Part shown: piece after piece, positions 25,017 to 36,060 of the stretch | Numbering within the stretch: position 1 is the stretch's first letter | How the letters are laid out: each line of letters opens with the position of its first letter | Assembly: GCA_964554655.1 (NCBI GenBank) | Contig: CAZKPN010000006.1 | Span: forward strand, 19,909 to 83,908 | DNA from: an uncultured Aquabacterium sp. | Lineage (GTDB): Bacteria; Pseudomonadota; Gammaproteobacteria; Burkholderiales; Burkholderiaceae_C | Direction: 5' to 3' | DNA: 64,000 nucleotides | The notes under the pieces: generated by a model | Seen by the model: only the letters and a program-made list of their open reading frames with translations | The model's database searches: none | What the model was told of the DNA's origin: nothing | Made by a program: the position numbers and the translations under genes

Positions 25017-25791
25017 GGTGTTCAGTGCCTTGTGATCCACACACTGAGCACGCCGGCTCGCGGCGCGCCCTCAATTCAGTCCAACGCCAGCTACGGCCAT
25101 CCAGCATCAGCAGGCGTCCTGCCAATGAGATGTGTGCCGCGTTGTCATTCAGCCCTGCCAGCAGTTTGAGCGCTTCGCCGGCCTGCATCACGCCCAGCAT
25201 GCCCACCACCGGGGCGAAAATCCCCAGGGTGGCGCAGCGGGTTTCAGGCGGAGCCTGATCCGGCGGGAACAGGCAGGCGTAGCAGGGAGATTCAGGCCGC
25301 CGGGGGTCAAAGACGCTGATCTGGCCGTCAAAGCGCACGGCGGCGGCCGACACCAGAGGCACGCTCGCCTCCACACAGGCCCGGTTGATCAGTTGACGGA
25401 TGGCGAAATGGTCGGTGCAATCCAGCACCACATCCGCCTGAGGCACCCAGTGGGCCAGCAGTGCAGCATCGGCCGCCTGGGGCACCGTGTGCACGTGCAC
25501 TTCGGGGTTGATCTGCGCCAAACCCTGCGCGGCCGAAGCCACTTTGGTCTGGCCGACTCGCTCGGTCGTGTGCACGATCTGGCGCTGCAGGTTGGTCAAG
25601 TCGACCGTGTCCGGGTCGATCAACGTGATGCGCCCAACACCGGCGCTGGCCAGGTACATCAGGGCCGGGGCCCCAAGACCGCCCGCCCCGATGACCAGGG
25701 CGTGGGCGTTCAAGAGATGCGTCTGTGCCTCTTCCGACCACTCATCCAGCAAAAGATGGCGGCTGTAGCGCAGGCGTTGGTCGTCGTTCAC
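24991..25791 (-). CDS. moeB: MoeB/ThiF-family adenylyltransferase
   Basis: RYSRHLLL, IGAGGLG, SNL-like TNLQRQ, CYACLFP and CSVC Zn motifs; GTG overlaps the ctpA stop. Confidence 0.75.
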   Translation of the reverse strand: MNDDQRLRYSRHLLLDEWSEEAQTHLLNAHALVIGAGGLGAPALMYLASAGVGRITLIDPDTVDLTNLQRQIVHTTERVGQTKVASAAQGLAQINPEVHVHTVPQAADAALLAHWVPQADVVLDCTDHFAIRQLINRACVEASVPLVSAAAVRFDGQISVFDPRRPESPCYACLFPPDQAPPETRCATLGIFAPVVGMLGVMQAGEALKLLAGLNDNAAHISLAGRLLMLDGRSWRWTELRARREPACSVCGSQGTEHHEQPQRTA

Positions 25792-27230
25792 TGCGCCTTG
25801 GTGTCCTCGGGCTTGCGCTCGGTCATGGTTTTGGAGATGACGACCGGCTTGCCCTTGAGCTGGGCCACGGCCTGCTGCAGCTGGAAGTCTTCCGCGCTGC
25901 CGAATTCAGGCAGCGGCTTGGGTGGCTCGTTCTTCTTGGCGGAGGCCTCTTCCAGCTTCTTCATGGCTTCCTCGCGGGCCTTTTCACGGGCGGCGTCCTT
26001 GACCTCGCTGCCCTGGCCGCTGCCAATGTGCTTTTCCAGATCGGCTTCACGGGTGCGCAAGGCGCTGAACAGGTTGCCTTCGGCGGTTTCGTCCAGCATC
26101 ACGTCGGGCACGATGCCCTTGGCCTGGATGGAGCGCCCGCTCGGCGTGTAGTAACGCGCCGTGGTGATCTTGAGCGCGGTGTCGGCCGTCAGCTGGCGCA
26201 CCGTCTGGACCGAGCCCTTGCCGAAGGTTTGCGCGCCCATGATGGTGGCCCGCTTGTGGTCTTGCAGCGCGCCAGAGACGATCTCGCTGGCCGAGGCAGA
26301 GCCTTCGTTGACCAGCACGACCAACGGCACATTCTTGATGGCAGCGGGCAGTTTGGCCAGCGGATCGGCGCCCAGGCGGCGGGTGTAATCCTCGGGGCGG
26401 GCCTTGAAGATGGCCTTGGATTCAGGGATCTGGCCGTTGGTGGACACCACCGTCACGTCCTTGGGCAGGAAAGCAGCCGACACGGCGATGGCGCCTTCCA
26501 GCAAGCCACCCGGGTCGTTGCGCAGATCCAGCACCAGGCCCTTCATCTTGGGGTCGTCCTTGAAAAGCTTGTCGGCCTTGGCGACGAAGTCTTCAACCGT
26601 GCGGTCCTGGAACTGGGTGACGCGGATCCAGCCGTAGCCCGGCTCCAACATCTTGGCACGCACACTTTGCACGCGGATTTCTTCGCGGGTGATGGTGACC
26701 GGGAAACTGCGGTTTTCAAGCTTGCGGAAAATGGTCAGGACCACTTTGGTCTGGGGCTCGCCGCGCATGCGCTTGACGGCCTGGTCCATGGTCAGACCCT
26801 TGACGAAGGTGTCGTCGATCTTGGTGATCAGATCGCCGCTTTTCAGGCCGGCGCGGAAAGCGGGCGATCCTTCGATGGGCGAGACCACCTTGACCAGGCC
26901 ATCTTCCATGCCGATTTCAATGCCGACGCCCACGAACTTGCCCGTGGTGCCTTCGCGGAACTCCTTGAAGGTGGTCTTGTCGAAATAGGTGGAGTGCGGG
27001 TCGAGGCCCGACACCATTCCGCCGATGGCATCGCTGATGAGCTTTTTCTCGTCCACCGTCTCAACATAATCGGTCTTGATCATGCCGAAGACCGCGGCCA
27101 ACTGCTGCATCTCCTCCAGCGGCAAGGGGGCCACTGTGTTGCGGGCGGTGGCCTGGAACTGCATGGTGGTCAAACCGCCGGCCAGCACACCCAGTGCCAC
27201 CCAGCCCGCAATCTTGAATTTGGAAGTCAT
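25788..27230 (-). CDS. ctpA: Carboxyl-terminal processing protease (S41, PDZ)
   Basis: LDPHS, GVGIEI PDZ domain, LDLRNDPGG, SASASEIV and TFGKGSVQ. Confidence 0.93.
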   Translation of the reverse strand: MTSKFKIAGWVALGVLAGGLTTMQFQATARNTVAPLPLEEMQQLAAVFGMIKTDYVETVDEKKLISDAIGGMVSGLDPHSTYFDKTTFKEFREGTTGKFVGVGIEIGMEDGLVKVVSPIEGSPAFRAGLKSGDLITKIDDTFVKGLTMDQAVKRMRGEPQTKVVLTIFRKLENRSFPVTITREEIRVQSVRAKMLEPGYGWIRVTQFQDRTVEDFVAKADKLFKDDPKMKGLVLDLRNDPGGLLEGAIAVSAAFLPKDVTVVSTNGQIPESKAIFKARPEDYTRRLGADPLAKLPAAIKNVPLVVLVNEGSASASEIVSGALQDHKRATIMGAQTFGKGSVQTVRQLTADTALKITTARYYTPSGRSIQAKGIVPDVMLDETAEGNLFSALRTREADLEKHIGSGQGSEVKDAAREKAREEAMKKLEEASAKKNEPPKPLPEFGSAEDFQLQQAVAQLKGKPVVISKTMTERKPEDTKAQ

Positions 27231-27481
27231 GGCCAATGGTGCCTTTTCGAACCCAGCGATGCCACCTGAAACCCTCAGATGGCGAAATGTTTTTCCAGTA
27301 TAGGACCGCCCAACGCGGGACAAAGTTCAATAAGGCCAGAACTTGGCCTCTGTATGGGGCTTTGCACCGTTTAGTCGCAAGAAGCTGACGATCACCCCCG
27401 GATCTCCCCCTTCACGCCTGAGGGGCAATGGGTGATAAGGTGCGCAAAAAAATCCACTCACCGAGACTCGGAAGGACGTCC

Positions 27482-30265
27482 ATGCGCCAGGCTTCAGCCC
27501 TCACCTCGCCGTGGACCAGGGGTTTCATCACCTGGTTGGTCTACACCGGGGCGGGGGTGCTGGCCTTGGGCTTGGCATCGCCACAGGACCATGTCGAGCC
27601 GCTGTACCTGTCGGCCGGCTTCGGTTTGGCCTGCGTTTTGGGGTGGGGCAAGTCCATGGTGCTCCCGGTGGGGCTGGGCTCGGCCAGTGTGCTCACCATC
27701 GCGCATTGGCATGCCCCAGATCCCGTCGATTTTTGGCCGTTCGCGGCGCTGGCGCTGGTCACCGGCCTGGGCGGGGCTCTGCAAGCCTGGGTGGCCGCAC
27801 GCTGGTCCATGCGCGGGGGCGACCAGGACCTCCCCCTGGAGCACCCCTTCGACATTGGTCGATTCCTGCTGGTGGCCGGCCCCGTGTCGTGCCTGATCAA
27901 CGCTGGCATGTCGGTGCCCGCCATGGTCGCCCTGGGCGCTTTACCTGCTTCGCAGGCCACCCAGGCCGCCTTGTCATGGTGGGCCGGAGACACCTTGGGG
28001 GTGCTGATCGGCACGCCCATGATGCTGACCCTGGTGGGTCGGCCGGGCGATCTTTGGCGGGCCCGCCGTCTGATTGTGGGGGTGCCTCTGCTGGTGACCA
28101 CCTTGCTGCTGGGGCTGACCATCCGCCAGGTGCAGTTGTGGGAGGAGGAACGCGCCCAGGCGGTGTTCGACCACGACGTGGAAGCCGTGGCCAATGCCGT
28201 GAATTTGCGGCTCAACGGCTACCTGAACGCCCTGGAGGCCCTGCATGGGCTGTACATCGCGTCGTCCGAGGTCAGCCGGCAGGAATTCAGACTGGCCAGC
28301 ACCTACTGGCTGAACACGCTGAGTGGCATCCAGGCCATGGGCTGGACCGAACGGCTGACCCTGGACCAGATCCCCAGCTTTGAGGGCCGCCAGCACGCCG
28401 AGGGCCTGCGTCAATACCAGATTCACGACACGCGCGCACGCCTGGTCCCGAAGGGGCCCGAAGTGGCCGCCGTCCGGTTTCTGGAGCCCATGAGGGGCAA
28501 TGAAAAAGCGCTGGGCTACAACTCCCTGTCAAGCCCAGCCGCCAGGGATGCCTTTGAGCAGTCGCGGCGCGAAGACCGGCCGGCTGTCACCAAGGGGCTT
28601 GAACTGGCGCAGGAGTCCGGTCATCAAACGGGCGTGGTGATTTACAGGGCGGTCTACCAGGGGCAGCCCTACACCCCGCAGGCCCGCGTGCAGAGCACCC
28701 TGGGCGCGGTGTTTCTGGCGCTGCGCATGGACGACATGATCAAGGCCATGACCCAAGGGCTGCCCTCCTACCTGAGCGCCTGCCTGATGGATGCCAGCCA
28801 AGGCGCCCCGGCCTTTCTGGGTGGGGCCACCCGCTGTTCAAAGGGCGTTCCGGATCAAAAACAAGCCTACCAAAGCGTGACCCCCATCGAGTTCGCGGGC
28901 CGCCAATGGCGCCTGGTGACCTGGGCCCATGCCCCGGTGCCCGTGGTGGCAGGCCTGGCCTGGTCCTGGCTGCTGGCGATTGGCGGCGTGGTGCTGGCCG
29001 CCGCACTGGGCGCTTTGCTGCTGGTCATCACCGGGCACACGCGGCGCGTGGAAGCCGCGATGGATGTGGCCCGGCGGCAAAAGGCAGCGGCGGAAACCGC
29101 CAATCGCTCGAAAAGCGAGTTCTTGTCGCGCATGAGCCATGAGCTGCGCACGCCGTTGAACGCCGTGCTGGGTTTTGCGCAGGTGATGGACCTGGACAAG
29201 CAGTCGCCCCTGACACCCACGCAGTCCCAGCGGCTGCAGCAAATCCAACAGGCCGGCTGGCATTTGCTGGACATGATCGACGATGTGCTGGACCTGTCCC
29301 GCATCGACACCGGCACGCTCAAGCTGAACACCGAAGTCGTGCCCATCAACGAAGCCGCCATGGCGGCGATGGACATGGTCCGGGAGCTGGCGCAGAAACA
29401 GAAAGTGCAGTTGCTGGACCCCGAGCCCGCACCGGCAGGCTGGGGTGTGAAGGCCGATGCGATCCGCCTGCGCCAGATCCTGATCAACCTGCTCAGCAAT
29501 GCCATCAAGTACAACCGCCCCGGCGGCACCGTCAAGGTGTCGATGGGGATGGCGTCGCTGCCCGGACAGGACGACTGCATTCGTCTGGCCGTGGAGGACA
29601 CCGGGCTGGGCATGAACCCCGAACAGTTGGCGCAGCTGTTTCAGCCCTTCAACCGCCTGGGCCGCGAACGGGTGGCGCCCGATGGTGCCGGCATCGGTCT
29701 GGTGATCAGCCAGCACCTGGCCCAACTGATGGACGGCCAACTGGACGTGCAAAGCACGGAAGACAAGGGCTCCACCTTCACCTTGACCTTGCCCGCAGCC
29801 AAGCTGCTCATGCCCAAACCCATTGCGCCACCACCGGCGCCCGCACCCACCAGCGTCATCACCAAAGTCAACCAGCCCGTGCGCCATGTGCTGTACGTGG
29901 AAGACAACCACGTGAACAGCGAAGTCGTGCGCGGTGCGTTGGCCTCGCGCGCGTGGATTCGGTTGACTGTGGCGCCCACCATTGAAGAAGGCCTGGCCGT
30001 GCTGCACGACCGGCTCACCGGGCCCGCACCCGACCTGGTCTTGCTGGACGTGCACCTGCCCGATGCCTCAGGGCTGGAGTTCCTCACGCTGATGAAGGCC
30101 AACCCTCAGACGGCGGCCACCCCAGTGATCATGATCTCGGCCGATGCCATGCCCGAACAGGTGGACGCCGCCTTGTCGGCCGGCGCCTATTGCTACCTGA
30201 CCAAGCCGGTGCAACTGCCCGCCTTGCTGGTGCACGTGGACGACCTGCTGGCCACCCACACCTGA
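27482..30265 (+). CDS. Hybrid sensor histidine kinase (MASE1-CHASE-HisKA-HATPase-REC)
   Basis: Multi-TM N-terminus (WWAGDTLG), CHASE-like region, SHELRTPLN, NLLSNAIKY, DTGLGM and receiver LLDVHLPD. Confidence 0.9.
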   Translation: MRQASALTSPWTRGFITWLVYTGAGVLALGLASPQDHVEPLYLSAGFGLACVLGWGKSMVLPVGLGSASVLTIAHWHAPDPVDFWPFAALALVTGLGGALQAWVAARWSMRGGDQDLPLEHPFDIGRFLLVAGPVSCLINAGMSVPAMVALGALPASQATQAALSWWAGDTLGVLIGTPMMLTLVGRPGDLWRARRLIVGVPLLVTTLLLGLTIRQVQLWEEERAQAVFDHDVEAVANAVNLRLNGYLNALEALHGLYIASSEVSRQEFRLASTYWLNTLSGIQAMGWTERLTLDQIPSFEGRQHAEGLRQYQIHDTRARLVPKGPEVAAVRFLEPMRGNEKALGYNSLSSPAARDAFEQSRREDRPAVTKGLELAQESGHQTGVVIYRAVYQGQPYTPQARVQSTLGAVFLALRMDDMIKAMTQGLPSYLSACLMDASQGAPAFLGGATRCSKGVPDQKQAYQSVTPIEFAGRQWRLVTWAHAPVPVVAGLAWSWLLAIGGVVLAAALGALLLVITGHTRRVEAAMDVARRQKAAAETANRSKSEFLSRMSHELRTPLNAVLGFAQVMDLDKQSPLTPTQSQRLQQIQQAGWHLLDMIDDVLDLSRIDTGTLKLNTEVVPINEAAMAAMDMVRELAQKQKVQLLDPEPAPAGWGVKADAIRLRQILINLLSNAIKYNRPGGTVKVSMGMASLPGQDDCIRLAVEDTGLGMNPEQLAQLFQPFNRLGRERVAPDGAGIGLVISQHLAQLMDGQLDVQSTEDKGSTFTLTLPAAKLLMPKPIAPPPAPAPTSVITKVNQPVRHVLYVEDNHVNSEVVRGALASRAWIRLTVAPTIEEGLAVLHDRLTGPAPDLVLLDVHLPDASGLEFLTLMKANPQTAATPVIMISADAMPEQVDAALSAGAYCYLTKPVQLPALLVHVDDLLATHT

Positions 30266-30269
30266 GGCA

Positions 30270-32132
<1,863 letters not shown>

Positions 32133-32160
32133 GGTGGGCAAGGCAAGGGGCCACGATGGG

Positions 32161-33405
32161 CTAACCCTCCATTGTGCGCTGGGTTGGCGCGTCCTCCCAG
32201 TCGAACAGCGGCAGGGTGTATTCGAGCGGACGCTCGTTGACGCCGGGCGCCGCCTCCAGCGCTGGCAGATCCTCCAGCTTGCACAAGGCACCTGCCCGCA
32301 CGCCCAGCAAACGCAGGCGCTGGTCCAAAGGTACTTTCTTCAGGCAGCGCCCGGCCCACAGGCGGATGTCGTGGGGATCGGCCGTGTGGGCCGCCAAGGT
32401 GATCTCGCGCGTGGCGATCTTGAAGTCGGTGTAGCGCAGCTTGACGCCAATGGTCTTGGCGACATAGCCCTTGCGGACCAGGTCACCGGCCAGTTTCTCG
32501 CACAGGCGCGTGAAGATCTCGCTAAGGGCGCCACGGTCGTCGCGCGCATGCAGGTCGCGCTCAAAGGTGGTCTCGCGGCTGATGGACTTGGGCTCGCGCC
32601 AGGTGACCACGGCGCGCTCATCGCGGCCATGCGCGGCCTCGTGCAGCCAGGCGCCGTAGTTGCCCCCAAACTGCTCGATCAGCCAGGCGGGCTGCGCAGC
32701 GGCCAGGTCGCCAATGGTGTGGATGCCCAAGGCTTCCAGGCGCGCGGTGGATTTGGGGCCAATGCCATTGATGCGTTTGGCGGGCAAGGGCCAGATGCGC
32801 GCCGGGATGTCCTCTTCGGTCAGCACGGTCAGGCCATTGGGCTTTTCCAGGTCCGAACACAGCTTGGACAAAAGCTTGTTGGGCGTCACCCCCACTGAAC
32901 AACTCAGGCCCGTGGCCTCGCGCACCCGGTCCTTGATGCGCTGAGCCAAGGCGCGCGCACCGCCATGGGGATCGTCGCCCACGGCATCGTGCACGCCGGG
33001 CAGGTCGTTCAGGTCGATGTAGATCTCATCAATGCCCCGGTCTTCGATGACCGGAGCGATCTCGGCCACGGCGGCCTTGAAACGGCGCGAATACTGTTTG
33101 TACTGTTCAAAATCCACCGGCAGCAACACGGCCTGCGGTGCCAGCACCGCCGCCTTCATCATGCCCATGGCCGAATGCACGCCCAAGGCACGCGCCTCAT
33201 ACGTGGCGGTGGTGACCACACCCCGCCCGGCGTAGTCGCGCAGCACCGAGAAGCTGCGCGTGCCGTCGTCCTGCATGACAGGTTGATGACGCTGACCACC
33301 GCCAATCACCACGGGCTGCCCCCGCAACTCGGGGTAGCGCAGCAGCTCCACGGAGGCGTAAAACGCGTCCATGTCAAGGTGGGCGACCCAAGAGCGTGCC
33401 ATCAT
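32161..33405 (-). CDS. dinB: DNA polymerase IV
   Basis: AHLDMDAFYASVE, TATYEAR, GIDEIYID, SKLCSD and KSISRETTF. Confidence 0.96.
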   Translation of the reverse strand: MMARSWVAHLDMDAFYASVELLRYPELRGQPVVIGGGQRHQPVMQDDGTRSFSVLRDYAGRGVVTTATYEARALGVHSAMGMMKAAVLAPQAVLLPVDFEQYKQYSRRFKAAVAEIAPVIEDRGIDEIYIDLNDLPGVHDAVGDDPHGGARALAQRIKDRVREATGLSCSVGVTPNKLLSKLCSDLEKPNGLTVLTEEDIPARIWPLPAKRINGIGPKSTARLEALGIHTIGDLAAAQPAWLIEQFGGNYGAWLHEAAHGRDERAVVTWREPKSISRETTFERDLHARDDRGALSEIFTRLCEKLAGDLVRKGYVAKTIGVKLRYTDFKIATREITLAAHTADPHDIRLWAGRCLKKVPLDQRLRLLGVRAGALCKLEDLPALEAAPGVNERPLEYTLPLFDWEDAPTQRTMEG

Positions 33406-33434
33406 CAACGTCACACCAAACAAGGCTTGTTGTC

Positions 33435-34049
33435 ATGTACCACGGAGAACGATTCAACAGTGTCACCCACTTGCTGGGGCTGGCGTTGGCCGTGGTGGGC
33501 TCGGCCGTGTTGATCGCGCAGGCGCTGCAAGCCGGTGATGCCCTGAAGATCGTCAGCTTCAGCATTTTTGGCCTGTCGATGGTTCTGCTGTACGCGGCGT
33601 CCACGATGTACCACAGCATCCGGGGCGCCAGCAAAGAGCGCTGGGCCAAGGTCGACCACTGCGCCATCTACCTGCTGATCGCGGGCACCTACACGCCCTT
33701 CACCCTGGTCACCTTGCAGGGTACCTTGGGCTGGTCGCTGTTCGCCTTTGTGTGGACGCTGGCCGCCATCGGCATCTGCAAGGAGTTGTGGTGGGGACGT
33801 GACACCGTGCCCTCGGTGCCGCTGTACGTGCTGATGGGCTGGTGCGGCGTGGCGGCGGCCGTGCCCCTGATGAATGGTCTGCAAGATGATGGCTGGCGTT
33901 GGCTGGTGGCGGGCGGGCTGCTCTACACCGTGGGCATCATTTTCTACGTGATCGACACCCGCATGCGGCACGCCCATGGCATCTGGCATTTGTTCGTGCT
34001 GGGCGGCACCGCCAGCCACTATTTCACTGTGCTGAAATTCGTGGCGTGA
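33435..34049 (+). CDS. Hemolysin III / PAQR-family membrane protein
   Basis: MYHGERFNSVTH, STMYHS, DHCAIYLLIAGTYTP and HGIWHLFV (conserved His residues). Confidence 0.93.
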   Translation: MYHGERFNSVTHLLGLALAVVGSAVLIAQALQAGDALKIVSFSIFGLSMVLLYAASTMYHSIRGASKERWAKVDHCAIYLLIAGTYTPFTLVTLQGTLGWSLFAFVWTLAAIGICKELWWGRDTVPSVPLYVLMGWCGVAAAVPLMNGLQDDGWRWLVAGGLLYTVGIIFYVIDTRMRHAHGIWHLFVLGGTASHYFTVLKFVA

Positions 34050-34079
34050 CATTTTGGTGCAATGCAGGTACATTAAGCC

Positions 34080-34269
34080 CACAGACATGCACAAGACCGT
34101 TTCCTCAAGGTCTTCGTTTTCTACCGCCAAGCACGCTGAACTTGTTCAACGCTGCTGACACGGTCCAGGTTTCAACTCCCGGTTTGACGTTTCTTGAGTG
34201 TTTCTGCCACACGGGTGCAAGCTTGTGTGGATTCTTAATTTTTCAATCACTCTACAAGGAACAACATCC
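34080..34269 (+). promoter_or_regulatory. Long 5' leader of the cold-shock gene (possible cspA thermoregulator)
   Basis: About 200-nt AT-richer region with an AGACC/GGTCT stem near 34094-34113 and CGGTTTGACGT (34180-34190), resembling the E. coli cspA cold-box region as recalled. Confidence 0.4.
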
Positions 34270-34485
34270 ATGAGTACGACACAAACTGGCACCGTGAAAT
34301 GGTTTGACGACGGCAAGGGCTTTGGCTTCATCGCTCCTGAAGATGGCAGCAAGGACCTGTTCGCTCACTTCAGCGAAATCCGCAGCGAAGGCGGCTTCCG
34401 CAGCCTGCAAGAAAACCAACGCGTGGAATTCGAAGTCAAGCAAGGCCAAAAGGGCCCCCAAGCTTCGAACATCCGCCCGCTGTAA
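34270..34485 (+). CDS. cspA: Cold-shock protein
   Basis: [15 protein letters not shown] (RNP1) and DLFAHFSEI (RNP2). Confidence 0.96.
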   Translation: MSTTQTGTVKWFDDGKGFGFIAPEDGSKDLFAHFSEIRSEGGFRSLQENQRVEFEVKQGQKGPQASNIRPL

Positions 34486-34509
34486 TTCCAGCGCGCGTTT
34501 GAACGCACC

Positions 34510-34534
34510 AAAAAGCGGCTTAGGCCGCTTTTTT
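34510..34534. terminator. Bidirectional intrinsic terminator
   Basis: AAAAAGCGGC-TTAG-GCCGCTTTTTT between the convergent cspA and DUF4325 genes. Confidence 0.88.
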
Positions 34535-35559
34535 CATGCCTGACCGGAAATCGTGGCGTGGACCAGGTTGGCCACTTTGGGCGACATGTTCTCGGCCACC
34601 AGCTCCAGCTCGGGGTGTTGCCCCGCGAACACGCGGAACAATTCGTCGGCAAAGCTGTGGCCAATGTCGGACACGCCACTGAAGTCGATCCGGGCATGGC
34701 TGAACTGCTGCAACCTGGATGCCGCACGGCGGGCTTGCGAGCGCGAGTCCAAGGCGGTGTTGGTCGACAGCAGCAAACGCAGTGGCACGCGGGTGCGGTC
34801 AAACGCGATGCCCTGGCGGTCGGTGCTCCACACGTTCAGGACCGAATCCAGCGTGCGTTCGGTGTCCAGCGCGATCGAGGCGTAGACCGAGGTGCCCTGG
34901 CGGGCCAAGGGCTTGCCGCAATGCCAGCCCCCGCCATCCCAGCCACGGCGCTGGAAGTTCGAGCCATTGGCATGCACCTCGAACACATCGGCCAACTGGG
35001 CCGAGAAGAACAAGCCCCGACCGGTGTGCCGATCAGGCAGGCTCGTGAGCTTGCCTTTGCTCAGCTCCAGCATGGCGTGCTGGGCATCGTCGATGGCGAA
35101 TGACTCGCGGATGCGGTCGAACAGGCCTCGGCCATCGTCGGACACCAGCAGCTGCACGTGGTTGGGCGTCTGGCGCAAGGACACGGTGACGGTGGTGCCG
35201 CCGCTGTGGTCAATCGCGTTGTTCAGGATCTCGTTGAAGACGTGCTGGGCCATGCGCTGCACCGAGGGCGGCAGCACGAAGTTGGGCATGAAGTCGCGCT
35301 CCCAGGGCACGTCTTCCACCAAGCCTTGCAATGGGTAGCTGGCCACCACCTGCCGAAACAAGCCGGGGCGGTACACGGGACGAGATTGGCTGCCCTCTTT
35401 GACCAACCAGCCGGCCTCCACCAGGCGCGCCACGGCTTTGCGGGCCGCAGGCTTGCTGGCGTGCACACGATCGGCCACGTGCGCGATCAGGTCATCGGGG
35501 TGGCGCACCGCAGCGGCAGTGATCCAGCCCATCATGTGGTGAGGGTTGAGGCGTGACAT
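34534..35559 (-). CDS. wHTH + HATPase_c + STAS-like DUF4325 protein
   Basis: N-terminal wHTH-like segment; NEILNNAIDHS (N box), SDDGRG (G1), HTGRGLFF (G2) and GTSV; C-terminal SRSQAR...DFSGVSDIGHSFADELF. Confidence 0.8.
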   Translation of the reverse strand: MSRLNPHHMMGWITAAAVRHPDDLIAHVADRVHASKPAARKAVARLVEAGWLVKEGSQSRPVYRPGLFRQVVASYPLQGLVEDVPWERDFMPNFVLPPSVQRMAQHVFNEILNNAIDHSGGTTVTVSLRQTPNHVQLLVSDDGRGLFDRIRESFAIDDAQHAMLELSKGKLTSLPDRHTGRGLFFSAQLADVFEVHANGSNFQRRGWDGGGWHCGKPLARQGTSVYASIALDTERTLDSVLNVWSTDRQGIAFDRTRVPLRLLLSTNTALDSRSQARRAASRLQQFSHARIDFSGVSDIGHSFADELFRVFAGQHPELELVAENMSPKVANLVHATISGQA

Positions 35560-35649
35560 GGTCGGCATCCTTTTCAGCTGAGCTCAGTATCTGGCGCTGC
35601 CCCAAAAACTTAAACGCTGAATTGACCCGTGCAAAGCCCCGCTTTTTGA

Positions 35650-35913
35650 TCAATGCAGGGCGCCTTCGTGGCCAGCATCGACCCATTCAAAACGGGGTTG
35701 ATCAAGCCCATCGATGGTGATGCGGCCAGTGAACATGGCGTAGGGGCGCACCCACAAAGCACCTTCGCCATACAGCGGTCGGTAGACCACCAGGGCCTCC
35801 AGCGTTTCGCTGTGGCGGGCCACGCCATAGACCTGGTAGCGCTCGCCTTTGTAGTGGCGGTAGACGCCCAGCTTGAGGGTGGGCAATGGCAGCACGGGAC
35901 GTTCTTCGCTCAT
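35650..35913 (-). CDS. DUF1653 family protein
   Basis: GVYRHYKG.RYQV..VARHSETLE.LVVYRPLYG...LWVRPYAMF. Confidence 0.9.
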   Translation of the reverse strand: MSEERPVLPLPTLKLGVYRHYKGERYQVYGVARHSETLEALVVYRPLYGEGALWVRPYAMFTGRITIDGLDQPRFEWVDAGHEGALH

Positions 35914-36060
35914 GAATCAGCTCCTTGAATGACGCGGGCGATGAGGCCCCCTAATGTGAACCAGCCTCATCCCTAAGGTATGGGGAAGCGCTGAGCAGAC
36001 CACAGCCCTAGAGTCGCGACAAGCCTTGACACAAGGTGCATCAACTCAGGAGCGCAGACC

